From assembly GCF_009914755.1 (NCBI RefSeq), contig NC_060928.1: DNA of 64,000 bases. The stretch is one strand, 5' to 3'. Positions 41,311 through 55,682 of this stretch are shown here, piece by piece (position 1 is the stretch's first letter; each line of letters starts with the position of its first letter). Origin of the DNA: the human T2T-CHM13v2.0 reference genome, Homo sapiens. The notes beneath the pieces are model-generated. The model did no database searches and was not told the DNA's origin. It saw nothing but the letters and a program-made list of their open reading frames with translations. Both the position numbers and the translations under genes were made by a program.

Positions 41311-44035
41311 TTTGGAAGTGCATTGGAAGAAAATTATGCAATCATCTGAAGGGTTAGGCTAGTTGAATTCCAACACTTACTTATCAGTTTCATAAAATAT
41401 ATTTCCTAGGAAAAGCCTTTATCAATATTATAATTTTCACTTGGGATTGAAATCACTACATGCTAAGCTCTATAAAAAGCTAAGAAATTTTATCTTGCAT
41501 GTTTTGTTTCAGGAAGGGTCAGCAACATTCAAGGACGTGCTATCTGAATTAGGGATTGAGCTTCCTAAATCTCAGCTTAAGCTTGAATGTGTCAGAATGG
41601 TTCCCAGCTGTCATGATTGCACTCAATTAGGCTGAACTTCTGGCCATCATCTAAACCAAGACCTTGCTAGACACCTCACAGGCCCAGGCCCACACATTTG
41701 AGCTGCCTTGAAGCCAAGGCAGGTCCAGGATATTGATATATACCATATACACATGACTGTTACACAACTGTGGCAGATGCATCCTTACCATCTCACCATC
41801 TCCTACTGCTTCCCAGTAAAGTCTACTCTGCACTTCACTGCAAAATTATTTTTCAAGAAGGTCTTTATCGCTATATTCCCTTTTTGGAAAACGATACATC
41901 TTTAGCTGTAGATTAAAATTCACAGTGTGGTATTCACTGCTCTCAATCCGGGCAAATTGAGAAGATTCTGGTCTCACCTTTGTGGCTATAAGCCTCCCTC
42001 AAATGTTTGCTCCCTAGTCTATGTTATTCTCACTGGCAACCTGTACTTAAAGCGCATCCTCTTCTGAACAGGTGCTTTTCTGCTTATTATACGATGCTCG
42101 ACATTTGTAAAAGTAAATGTCTTATGTCCCCATCCAGATTTTTGAGATTTCTTCTCAGTATTTCCTGAATCCAGCATTAGGATAAGGAGTGGGCACTCAA
42201 TAACAGCGATTGATTCTTAGAGTCGAAGCTGTAGAATTTTGTGGTGAGGAATATGATTCTTGCAGGACAAGTCAATGAAGGTACCATCACAAGCTACTAT
42301 ATGGTTCTTTAAGTGGCACAAAATGTGTGAGAGCATTTAGTGTGTCAAAGGAACAAGATTATCAATCATTGAACACATATAACAATTTCTACTTGTCCAC
42401 TCATCACTATAATTTTCAAGTGTTCATTTCATCTCATATACTATTTCCAGACTTCAGAGTTATTCCTTTAGATTCCCCTTTCAACTGACTCATATCCATC
42501 CTTTATTCCAGTTTTCCCATTATTCTCACCCCATAGTTAAGTGCCTCATCACTTCCTTCCTGAACTGGAATGCTTACTATTAAAGGAAATCTCTTCTTCC
42601 TCTATGTCAGTGATTTCAACATTCAGCAAGAAGCCACCATTCCCCATGACAATCATCCTGCCATAAACCACGGTTAACTGATCAGAGTGTAACAACTCCT
42701 CAAGTTCAGGGAAAAAATCATTTTGAGAATTACTGCTCCAATCAACTTCCTACAAAATTTGTCCTAAAATTATCATCCTAAAATAGCCCTGTGATCAAAC
42801 TACTCCCTACTAATACACCTTCAATGGAATATTGTTCTCATAGAATAAATTGCTAACTCCTTACAATTTCACATTACCTGACATATCTACCTGTAACCTT
42901 TGCAAATTTCAAGGTAGCTCATCCCTTATCTACACAGAACATTTCAAACTTACCTCCCTCGGGGCCTTTTCTCAGCTGACTCCTTATCCAAAAAGCTGTG
43001 CATTGCCTGCGGCACATCTTAGAGTATCATGCTTTTACTTATTTTTATAATTGTATTCTTTCTACCTCCACCTTGACACTAAACTTCTTAGACAGTAGAA
43101 ACTACATCTTAAAATTATTTTTCTCCCTCAGCATTCTTAACACAGTGTTGTAATGTGTAGTCAACAAATTAGATTTATTTTTACAGTACACATTTATCAA
43201 GCTATAATTTTCACAATGTTTTAATTCTGTTCTGAGGTCTACAGATATCTCTACATAAACACTAAAGCCAGTGATTTAATAAGTGAAAGGAATGCATACA
43301 TTGCTTTGCAAAAAAATTAGCCTGATACATTTATATCTATATATTTATAGAATCATTTTCCCAAGGCTCATGAAACTAAAGTGCACACATACACCATAGA
43401 CACACACACACATGCACACACACACCATTATAGTCAATTCAAATGGATTTATATTGTGTCAAATTAAATGCCATATGAAATTTATAATCAGATACACAAA
43501 ATATGAATGGAATCATGAATACACTGTTGATAATGGATACCATAGCTCACAAATATGATCTCCAGTTAAGAAGAGAGAAATAATTGTTTCATTGGATTTT
43601 TGGTATGCGCTAATCACCATCACAAAAAAATCAATTTAATTACACAGTATTCAGAAATTTAACAAACATGCAGATATTAAGTTGACCACAATAAAACCTT
43701 TAAATCTGCAAAAAGACATGAAAATATATGGTCAATAATACCATTGTTCACTTGAGTCAGCTTAACATTTTACTTTATTCAGATGCCAAAGATAAGGTAG
43801 TTAAACAAGATAACCTGTTAGGTTTCTTATTCTGGATTTCTACACTCCATCTCTTAGACGTCTGAGACCAGGTATTGAACTGTAGTTCAAAGGAGCTTAT
43901 TGGTTTGCAAATGTGTTTTAAATAGATCCACTGTTAGATCACTAAGCACATTGCATGACTCATTTTCAGAAAACTTACATTTTCATACTTATGTAATTTT
44001 CCTGATAAACCTAAAAAGTTGTTTTTATTTATGTA

Positions 44036-44203
44036 TTTTTTTTGATTGATTGATTTAGAGACGCAATCTCACTCTGTCATCCAGGCTGTAGTGCAGTGGC
44101 ATGATCATAGCTCACTGCAGCCTCAGACTCCTGAGCTCAAGGGATCCTCCCATTTCAACTTCCCAAAGTGCTTGGATTACAGGTGTAAACTACCGCACCC
44201 AGC
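44036..44203 (-). mobile_element. Monomer-length Alu (FRAM/FAM-like or internally deleted AluJ)
   Basis: Right-arm 3' sequence joined to cccaaagtgcttggattacagg...cccagcc. Confidence 0.85.
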
Positions 44204-45640
44204 CTATTTATTTTATAAATAAACAACTCTAACAATTATTTGTTAGATCACAAGTTTACGGTGGCACAGAGCCTCCGGGAATTTATGGGTATGTGAAAGA
44301 AAATTTCTATGTGAAGTGGCAATTGCTTACTTCCCTTGTAACATCAGATGAGACCTTTTCTAGGAAGGTATAATAAAATTTGGGAAGCCAGGATTCACTT
44401 CAAATTGGCAAGCCCCAAGCAATTTTTTCTTAAAACTTTGAAAAGTTTCTAATAATGATGATTATTCCTTAAAAATCAAGATTATGAAAAAAGTACGTTT
44501 AGGATGCTAATAATTCAAGCGTATATCTGAATTTATCTGTCCATCCATCCATCTAACCTCTCTTTCTCTCTCTCTCACTCTCTAAGGCTCACTATAGGAA
44601 AATATAACATTATGAATAAAAAGTGTTGCTCACTTTTGAACTGCAAAGCAAAATTTAGTAAAAGTATACGCTGATGCTTATCATCTAAGCATGATCCGTT
44701 ACTTCATGGGAGTTTGGTTTTCTTAAACGTTAAAAAAAAAGATTATCCTATTCATAGCTACAATTGCTGAGATAAATCAAAGACACCATTTCACTTCTTC
44801 GTATTATCAAAATCCACATGTTGTTGCCAAAATAGACACGTGCTCATTTTTCCAGGGGTCTTTTTAGGAGGGAAGTCCCTGCAAGACGTTATCACTAATT
44901 TGCTGCCAGTAAATGTGTGGTACAAACCAGAATTTCAGTTTGACCCTTGATTTTATAATTTAATACCAATATTACTTACATTATTAGTTTTACTGGTAAA
45001 TCAGGAGTAAGTTGTTGGAGTCCAGCTGTGACCCCAGGGCAAGAACTTTTTGCCTGCTGTCACCTTCTGACAGTTTAGGCTGTTAATTACCTCCATCAAC
45101 TAGAACACAAGCACCTCTCTGTCTGCCAGCTGGCAGGCTGAGCTTCAGAAATTGGCAGCTTGGGAAGATCTAAAAAGCTGTAAAGGGGGCTGCTATGTAA
45201 ACAGTTTATTGTACAATATTTGATGACCACAGTAGGCCCGCATCAGTAATCAAAGGTAGGCTCCGCTATTGGGCATTGATCGGTTAGCAAAGAAGAAAGT
45301 TTAAAATAGCTTTTGTTTCTATGTTTTTTATCCGGCAGAGTGAAACTAAGGGTTTAGTTCTGGAGGCATTATGTTGGTGGCCGTGGGAGGAAGTCAGTCA
45401 ATCATTTAGTTCTGCTGAGATAAGCTTGGACCCAGTCGAAAGAAAAGTAAGTCAGCGGTTGTGTGTGCGCCTTGAAAGTTTAAAGCTCACTGCTGGTTAA
45501 GGATACTCTATGCACATTCCCTATAAAAAGGAACTTGTTACCATAGGCATGTGTGTAAATTATGTATGCACTGTATGGAATAACTAATTATGTTTGCAAC
45601 TATATTCTGTTCAAAATGCCTTTCCTAACATATCAATGAT

Positions 45641-45855
<215 letters not shown>

Positions 45856-46380
45856 TGATGTTTAAGACACATTTTCCAAAGCCATGCTCAAATTTTGAGA
45901 TTGTATCTGATATTTCACAGTCTCCTTTCCAAACTCCACAGAAACATTTATAAATGTTAATTTGATAAGACTATCAAATAAATAAAAATGTTAAAAACAA
46001 TACTGACTTAATCTTTAATTCTATAATTCTATTTGAACATTAAAATTCTGTCATCTGGTCTTTGTTGATTAAATGGCTAATTTCATAAGCCACGTGGGCT
46101 TAAGTTTAAATCACAATCAAAATCCAAGTTACTTATTTGTTTTAAAGAAATAAAAACAAGCATAATACACTGTGATAAAACAACATTCAGTAATTTTCAG
46201 CAAAGAAATGAAACCAAGTTAGCATGCATTTGCCTTTGATTCATTTCTTTGAAGCATTTCTTCATCAGTCTTTCGAGAGAAAAAAGTAGCCTTCCTGACA
46301 TTTTCTTTGGAGCCTCTTTTTATAGAAATTATCAGACCTGTTTAGAATTAACCATTTTTATTCAGGTGCATGCATGAGTG

Positions 46381-46383
<3 letters not shown>

Positions 46384-46415
<32 letters not shown>
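46384..46415. repeat. (CA)n microsatellite
   Basis: Read directly from the sequence. Confidence 0.97.
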
Positions 46416-46417
<2 letters not shown>

Positions 46418-46599
46418 CCCATCCAAACATTCTACAGGTATAAAGATGACTCTACTGCAAAAAGACTTGAAAACTCTACATCTGCGTAAGAGGAATTCCT
46501 ACAGGCCTGCAATCTTTGCCTTTGCCTCCAGAGAAGATCTCAGATCCGCATGCCCCTCATTCTTTTTAACCTTCCCAAAGGATCTGTCACTAATATTGG

Positions 46600-46845
46600 T
46601 AATAGTAGCTAATACAGATTGCTTACTGTATGCCATACAATATGAGAAGCACTTTAAGGGCATCATTTCTCATTTATTTTTGGCAACTGTCTTATGAGAT
46701 AGATTATAAAATTGCCCTCACTCTACAGATAAAGGCCAGATAACTTGCTCAAAGCCACGCAGCCTACAAATGTGAAAGCAGAGATTCAACAGGAAGTCTT
46801 TCTAACTCCTGGCTCCAGACTCTAAATCACTCCACTACACCACCT
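46600..46845 (-). mobile_element. MIR
   Basis: ctctacagat...taacttgctcaaagccacgcagc...agcagagattcaac. Confidence 0.75.
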
Positions 46846-47114
46846 CCCAAGTTACTTTCTTGAAAGACAATCCCATTTCTGTGCTTTCCTGGCTCTCCTT
46901 CTTTCTGCCAAAACTTCATCAACTTTCTATTATTGTCTCTACGTACATGAAAGACTTTTCCCATTCCATGCGCTTCTTCAAATTCACTGTTCTCATTTAT
47001 TTCAGTAGTTTTGAATTTTACTACTATGGGTGTGGTTCTAAAATCTTCATCACTTTTCTTGAGTCTCTGAAAGCTCTGTTTGGCTGTGGTTGTGCTTAGC
47101 CAACCAGGCTATGA

Positions 47115-47282
47115 CCGGTCTGTCCAACATGGTGAAACCCGTCTCTACTAAAAATACAAAAATTAGCCAGGCGTGGTGTTGCATGCCTGTAGTCCCAGCT
47201 ACTCAGGAGGCTGAGGCAGGAGAATTGCTTGAACCCAGCGAGCCACTGCACTCCAGCCTGGGTGACAGAGCGAGACTCTGTC
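47115..47282 (+). mobile_element. AluS fragment lacking 5' end and tail, with an internal deletion
   Basis: ccaacatggtgaaaccc...gaacccag joined to cgagccactgcactccagcctggg...gagactctgtc; no A tail follows. Confidence 0.9.
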
Positions 47283-47289
47283 CTCTCTG

Positions 47290-47880
47290 GCAAACCTGCC
47301 CTTCCACTTGTAATTGCATCTTAGTTGATGGTGCACCATCCACTCAGAATTTAGGATTATCTTTCATCTTTTCATTCACCACTCATTCAGGTGAAAAAAG
47401 TCTCATGAATTCCACTTTGAAGAAATCTTTTTTTCCTGTACTTATCGTATGGCCTATTTTGTGTCCCCATTGTTACTCACCAAAGTAATAATGCAGCAGC
47501 CTCCTAACTGCTTGCATAGCCTCTTGTCTCTGTCCTCACTAATCAGTCCCACATTGTATCACCAGAAGCATCCTTTTAAACACAGAACCAGTTCTTAAAC
47601 TCTCCTCCTCAAAAACCTTCAGTGGCTTCCCAATGTAAACAGATGTCCAGTATCAGTAAACCCCTGGACTTAGTTCTGGCTTATCTTAGCGCAGATTAAC
47701 TTCTACTTCAATACTCCAAGAGGCATGTGCAGCCATTCCCTAATCGCGCCCTCCCCTTGCCTCTCCTATGTTTGTGCTATCCCTTCTTTGTGGGCTTTTT
47801 CTCCTTCTCTCATCTTAATCCCTCACAATCCACCTCGAATTTCCTCCCATGAAACTCCTGATGGCCCTACTAAAAATTTA
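47290..47880 (+). mobile_element. L2 relic
   Basis: tgcagcagcctcctaactg, ctcaaaaaccttcagtggcttccca. Confidence 0.7.
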
Positions 47881-48142
47881 TCCTTTTCTTCATTTACTTA
47901 ACAACTATTTATTGAATATTTACTAAGCTTTAGAATCTCAAAAATAAAAGACAGGCTCCCTTCCCAAGAACAGTCTATAACATTCTAATGGGGAAGACAA
48001 GTAAATAAGCAATTAAAATTACATATGGTTTTCATGAAACACACAAACTACCAATGCTCTCTCAAGAAAAATAAAATTAGTATTTTATTAATATATTATA
48101 TTATTTAGTTTTAAAAATTTTGTTTTGCTATAATTTTGTTTA

Positions 48143-48486
<344 letters not shown>

Positions 48487-48617
48487 TCACTAGTGAGCTC
48501 TTCTCAACATTTAAGGAACAAGTGATACCAATTTTATACAAACTCTTCTAAAAATTGAAGAGTTCACTAGTACACTGATATTAAAACCAGGCAAAGACCT
48601 TATGGAAAAGAAAACTG

Positions 48618-48921
48618 GGCCAGATGTTTTGGCACATGCCTGGGCTGCTTGAGGCCAGAAGTTTGAAACCTGCCTAGGCAACATAGCAAAACCCTGTCTT
48701 TACAAAAAATAAATAAATAAAAAATAAAGTAATTAAAAGTTAGCTGGGCATGGTGGTATATGCCTATAGTCCTAGCTACATAAGAGACTGAGGCGGGAGG
48801 ATTACTTGAGCAGTCTTTAATTGCTTCAGTTTGAGGCAGCAGTGAGCTATGATCATGCTACTGCACTCCAGCCTGGGCGATAGAGCAAGAAGACTCTGTT
48901 TCAGAAAACAAAACAAAAGAA
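48618..48921 (+). mobile_element. AluJ with a left-arm deletion
   Basis: TSD aaaagaaaact at 48606-48616 and 48922-48932. Confidence 0.9.
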
Positions 48922-49092
48922 AAAAGAAAACTAAAGATCACTATCTCTCATTAGTATAGATGCAAAATCCTACACAGTATTTTAGCAAATTAATTCAAGC
49001 AATATATTTAAAAGGATAATGCTTCATAATGAAGTAGATTTCATCCCAGAAATATGAGATTTGTTTCAATATTTAAAAATCCATAAATGTAA

Positions 49093-49534
49093 CAGTTTCT
49101 CAAATTTTGCTTGTTTCGATGACCTAGGCAGTTTTGAGAATTACCAGTTGGGTATTTTTTAGAATGTTCTTTAATTGGAATACATATGAAAATTTTTAAA
49201 TAATTAGTCTGGAATTATGGGAATAGGAAGAAGAACACAGAGGTAAAGTGCCTTTTTTTAATCACATCATTTCAAGTGGACATGACATAAACGTCACTAT
49301 CACTGTTGATGTTGACCTGGGTCACTTGGCCAAGGTAGCAATTGTCAGGTTTCTTTACTGTACAGTTATTCTTTTTCCCTCTTTTCATATTGTACTCTTT
49401 TGAAAGAAATGAGTATGTTCATGTCCGACTTAAAGAGCATAGAGTTATGCTCTTCCTCATTGAGGAAGTAGTATCTACATAAATTCTTTCAAATTTTTCT
49501 GCACAAAAATTTGACTCTTCTTCCTCATTTAATT
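49093..49534 (-). mobile_element. L1MD/MC-like 3'UTR segment (inverted part of a composite insertion)
   Basis: acagtttctca...gacctaggcagttttgaga...cacagaggtaaagtgcc...gttgacctgggtcacttggccaaggtag. Confidence 0.75.
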
Positions 49535-51052
49535 ATTTTTTTATTTTACTTATGCTTTAAGTTCTGGGATACATGTGTAGAACGTGCAGGTTTGTTACAT
49601 AGCTATACATGTGCCATGGTGGTTTGCTGCACCCATCAACCCATAATCTACATTAGGTATTTCTCCTAATGCTATCCCTTCCCTAGCCCCCGACCCTCTG
49701 ACAGGCCCTGGTGTGTGATGTTCCCTCCCGGTATTCATGTGTTCTCATTGTTCAACTCCCACTTATGAGTGAGAACATGTGGTGTTTGGCATTCTGTTCC
49801 TGTATTAGTTTGCAGAGAATGATGGTTTCCAGCTTCATCCATATCCCTGCAAAGGACATGAACTCATCCTTTTTTATGGCTACATAGTATTTCACGGTGT
49901 ATATGTGCCACATTTTCTTTATCCAGCCGATCATTGATGGGCATTTGCATTGGTTCCAAGTCTTTGCTATTGTGAACAGTGCTGCAATCAACATACAGGT
50001 GGATGTGTCTCTATAGTAGAATGATTTATAATCCTTTGGGTATATAGCCAGTAATGGGATTGCTCGGTCAAATGGCATTTCTGGTTCTAGATCCTTGAGG
50101 AATCTCCACACAGTCTTCCACAATTGCTGAACTAATTTACACTCCTACCAACAGTGTAAAAGCATTCCTATCTCTCCACATCCTCTCCAGCATCTGTTGT
50201 TTCCTGACTTTTTAAAGATTGCCATTCTAACTGGCGTGAGATGGTATCTCATTGTGGTTTTGATTTGCATTTCTCTAATGCCCAGTGATGATGAGCTTTT
50301 TTTCATGTTTGTTGGCCACATAAATGTCTTCTTTTGAGAAGTGTCTTTTCATATCCTTCACCCACTTCTTGATGGGGTTGTTTGTTTTTTTTCTTGTAAA
50401 TTTGTTTAAGTTATTTGTAGATTCTGGATATTAGCCCTTTGTCAGGTGGATAGATTGCAAAAATTTTCTCCCATTCTGTAGGTTGCCTGTTCACTCTGAT
50501 GATAGTTTCTTTTGCTGTTCAGAAGCTCTTTAGTTTAATTAGCTCCCATTTGTCAATTTTGGCTTTTGTTGCTTTAGTCATTTGCCCATGTCTGTGTCCT
50601 CAATGGTATTGCCTAGGTATTCTTCTAGGGTTTCTATGGTTTTAGGTCTTACGTTTAAGTCTTTAATCCATCTTGAGTTAATTTTTGTATAAGGTGTAAG
50701 GAAGGAGCCCAGCTTCAGTTTTCTGCATGTGGCTAGCCAGTTTTCCCAAGATCATTTATTAAATACAGAATTTCTTCCCCATTATTTGTTTTTGTCAGAT
50801 TTGTTGAAGATCAGATGGTTGTAGATGGGTGACGTTTTTCTGAGGCCTCTGTTCTATTCCATTGGTCTATATATCTGTTTTGGCACCAGTACCATGCTGT
50901 TTTGGTTACTGTAGCCTTGTAGTATAGTTTGAAGTCAGTTAGCATGATGCCTCCATCTTTGTTCTTTTTGCTTAGGATTTTCTTGGCTATATGGGCTCTT
51001 TTTTGGTTCCATATGAAATTTAAAGTAGTTTTTTCTAATTCTGTGAAGAAAG
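49535..51052 (-). mobile_element. 5'-truncated L1PA7-like element
   Basis: ttaagttctgggatacatgtg 3' end; ORF 49752-50123 is the ORF2p C-terminus ([14 protein letters not shown]...HHMFSLISGS). Confidence 0.93.
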
Positions 51053-51325
51053 AGCTATGATGACTAAATGTAATGCCTTAGGATGGGTGGGATTCTGAAA
51101 CAGAAAAAGATGTTGGATAGAAACCAAGAAAATCCAAATAAAATATGGAGTTTAGTTAATAATAATTTGTCAGCATTGTTTCCTTAATTGTAACAAATAT
51201 ACCATACCAATGTAAGATGCTAATAAGGGAAACCAGGTGTGGGGTACACAAGAATTATCTATAATATGTTTACAATTTTTCCGTAAATCTAAAGCTGTTC
51301 TAGAGTTTTAAGTTTATTTGTTTTT
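51053..51325 (+). mobile_element. L1MD/MC-like 3' terminus (sense part of the composite insertion)
   Basis: atgactaaatgtaatg...gaaacagaaaaag...taaatctaaagctgttcta...aagtttattt. Confidence 0.78.
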
Positions 51326-51400
51326 TAAATGCCTCAGTTTGGAGGCACCATATACCGATCCTTGAAAGGATGTGGTCAGGTCTCTCAGAAAGAGTGAAGA

Positions 51401-51734
<334 letters not shown>

Positions 51735-52618
51735 TTATTGGGAAGCACTGACCCTATCTAATGTTGGATTTCTGGGCTTCTGGTGTGCTCTTTTCCTTTT
51801 TCTCTCCTGTTCTCAATCAATATTGTAGCCCACTCTCCCCAGAAAAGAGCTTTTGGTGACTTGGAAATGAATGAGTTTCATTCCCCCTGCCTGAATTATA
51901 GATTTAACTGTAAAAGAGATACCATCTAATTTTATTACCGATACCACTAAAGCATAACCCTAGTTTGGGGAGAGATCTGATCTTTATGCGGTTTGCGGAG
52001 TAGAATGTAACCACCAATTTGTTTCTGGTATTGCTAAATGAACTAGACTTATACTTTTGTTGTTGTTATACTACTTATAATTGCTCTTTTGTTACTTTAA
52101 AAATTCAAATAGTTGTAATTTCATCTGGTTTGACCAAATAATAATGTCAAGAATAAAAGGGAATAAACATTTATTTGAGCATTGAAAAAGAATCCATAAG
52201 TGTAATTCATCATATCAATAAATTAAATTTGACTACAAAAGAAAAGCCATATGATCATCTCAATAGATGTAGAGAAACCATTTGACAAAATTCAATGTCA
52301 TTAGTGCATGGTAGAAACTCCCAGGAAAGTATAAATAAAAGGGAACTTTCTCAACTTGGTAAAGGGCATCTACAGAAACTGTACAGTTAATCTTATTACT
52401 AATGGTATGTGATAGTGAAAGCTTTCTCCCTAGATATTAGAATCAAGAAAAGATGTCTGTTTCCAATACTTTTATTCAACATTATTCTGGGGATCTTAGT
52501 CAGTACAATAAGCTTTGAGAAAAAAGAAATAAAATACAAACAAATTGGAAAAAAAGAAATAAAAGAGTACTTGATTATAGATGACATGACAGTCTTGGTA
52601 GAAAATCCTAAAGGATCA

Positions 52619-52920
<302 letters not shown>

Positions 52921-52987
52921 TGTCTAGAAATAATAAGCGACCATAGCAAAGTCACAGGATATAAAGTCAGCATCCAAAATATATTGT

Positions 52988-53291
52988 AGCTGGGCGCAGT
53001 GGCTCATGCCTGTAATCCCAAGACTTTGGGAGGCAATGATGGGAGGATCACTTGAGGCAAGGAGTTTAAAACCAGCCTGGTCAACATAGCAAGACCCCGT
53101 TTCTACAAAAGAAAAAATTTTTTAAAATGTTAGCTAGGTTTGGTGGCATATACCTGTAGTCCCAGCTGCTGGGAAGGCTGAGGAAAGAGATTAGCTTGAG
53201 TCCCGGAGTTCGAGGCTGCAGTGAGTCATGATTACGCCACCACACTTCACCTGCGTGACAGAGCAAAACCCCTAAACCCTGTCTCAAAAGA

Positions 53292-53293
<2 letters not shown>
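52988..53293 (+). mobile_element. AluJ
   Basis: gggaggatcacttgaggcaaggagttt...gagttcgaggctgcagtgag. Confidence 0.92.
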
Positions 53294-53296
<3 letters not shown>

Positions 53297-53331
<35 letters not shown>

Positions 53332-53560
53332 CATTAAAAAGATCAAATTGTAAACTGCCTCTGAGAAATTCACCTGACCAGTAAAATATATATGTAAAAT
53401 ATATATAAATAGATAACATATAAAAATATATATGGAATATATAAATATATAGATAATATATAAATAAATATACATATATATGATATATAAATATATGACA
53501 TACATATAATATAAAAAGTATATTTATATATTATATATTCTATATATAATTTTTATTTGA
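53297..53560. repeat. (TA)n microsatellite (53297-53329) and TA-rich low-complexity tract
   Basis: Read directly from the sequence. Confidence 0.92.
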
Positions 53561-53915
53561 AATTTCACGATATATACTGTTTTCATGTATTAGAATGTAA
53601 CAATTAGAAATTTTCAATAAAAATAACAGCATCAAAAGCTAAATATTTAAGGATCAATTTAACTAAATCAGTGAAAAATCCTGGAAATTTCAAAACATTG
53701 TTTAAAAAAATTAAAGAACACCTAAACAAATGGAGACATATACTATGTTCATGTATTGGAAGGTCCAATATTGTAAAGAAATCAATTCTTCACAAGTTAT
53801 AAATTCAGCATAATCTCAATCAAAATCCCAACAAGCTTTTGTTGTAGAAATTGACAAGCTGACTCAAAAATATATATGAACATGTAAAGTACCCAGAAAA
53901 GACAAAACAATTTTT

Positions 53916-55682
53916 ATCTAATTTTTTAGATTGACAAATAGTTATTGTACATATTCTTAGGATATATAATGAGGTGTTGATAAATAGACAGTGATCAGAT
54001 CAGCATAATTAGCATATCCATCATCTCAAATTTTTATCATTTCTTTGTATTAGGAACATTCAATATCCTCCTTCTAGCTATTTAAACTACATGATATATT
54101 ATTGTTAACTATAGTCATCCTACAGTGGTAGAGAACACAAGAACTTCCTTTCATCCAGTTTAACTTTTATATTCTTTAACAAATCCCTTCCTATCCTTCC
54201 CTTCCCCCAAGTTTTCCCAGCATCAGGTATCCTCTGTTCTATTTTACTTCTATGAGTTCAACGTTTTCTTACCTTCCAAATATGAATGAGAACATGTAGT
54301 GTTTAACTTTCTGTTCATGGTTTATTTCACTTAACATAATATCCTCCAATTCTATTTATATTTTCACAAATGATAGCATTTCATTTGTGAGGAGGCAAAA
54401 CGTAAGAAATTACTCAATAGGCAGCCAGCCTGGGGTCATGTCTGCCCTGGGGTCATGTCAGCCTGGGCTGTTACTCGGATGTAGGATGTGGGCTTTTGGC
54501 TGTATGGCCAGCCTGGGATCATACCTGCCAAGAGTGGCCTGTGAAACTGTTTCTCAGGTCATGATGCTTCTTAGGTCTGAAACACAATTGCAAGGATGCT
54601 TGGTTGGCTCAGGGGTGTCCTCACCAACAGCAGCCCAAAAAACTGTTTCTCAGGCCCGGAATGTGGGTACATGGCTGCTTGGCCAGCCTGGGGCATGTCC
54701 ACCTGGATTGGCCCACAGGGCTGATACTCAGGTCTGGGATAGGTGTTTTTGGCTATTTGGTCAGCTTAGTATCATACCTGCCAAGAGTGGCCTGAGGAAT
54801 TGTTTCTCAGGCCCTGAATGGGGATACAGGGCCACTGGGGCAGGCCAGGGCTCTCTCTGGAGGGTGCAGGTGTGCTGTGGGACTGTTTCTCAGTTCCTGG
54901 GTGCAAGCACATAGCCACTTCACTGGCCCTGGAGCATATCAGCTGCTCACAGGCTTGGGGGCCTCTCCTGCTTTGGGGAGGGTATGCAGCAGTTTGGCCA
55001 GCTCAAGGGCAGGTTCACCCTGAACAGAACAGGACCAGAGCCACAGCCCATCCTTGGCCCATGCTTTACGAATCTGGGATTGAGGTGTTCAGCTTCCCAT
55101 ATGGGCTTGGTGGAATGAAGATGGAGCCCAAGTGCTGGAGAGGTGAAGTGGCTACTGGCCCTCAGAGCAGGGCACACTGCAGAAGTAGCTCTGGTCTCAG
55201 TATGGTGCCATGCTATAGCACCATGGCTCACAGGGGATGAATAGAGGGTTGGGGGTCCACACCTTGTTCTCCTAATCTAGGACAATGCAGCTGTGTGAAT
55301 TCCCAGCAAGACTCCAAACCTGTCTCAGGACTTGTGAGGACTGCTGGATTCACCTGCTATAAGGATTGTAGGTGTTTGTGATGGCAGTGGGCACTGGTGG
55401 AGATCTTCTGCTTACCTTTATCCTTGCAGCAGGAAGTCCTTCCTGACTCCAGCAGATCTCACCCAGATGAAGAAGACAGGCTTCAGAGGCCAGGTGCCTC
55501 CAGCTGCCCTCCTGTACTTCCAGCCACCACAGCTGCATCTCCATCCCCGCACTGCACTCCAGTGCTCTCCCTTTCATACTCTAGTAAAATCTTAGCTGTT
55601 TATTTGTTGCCTGAGTCCTTTCCTGTGGAGGAGGGGATGAACACCAGGTGTCTGTATTCAGCCATCCTGCTGACATCACTCC
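53916..55682 (-). mobile_element. L1MA-like element with 5'UTR (54386-55682) fused to its 3' end (53916-54385)
   Basis: Minus-strand 5' terminus gagtgatgtcagcaggatggctgaata; L1MA 3'UTR gaacattcaatatcctccttctagctattt; TSD caa(a/t)acaattttt. Confidence 0.8.
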
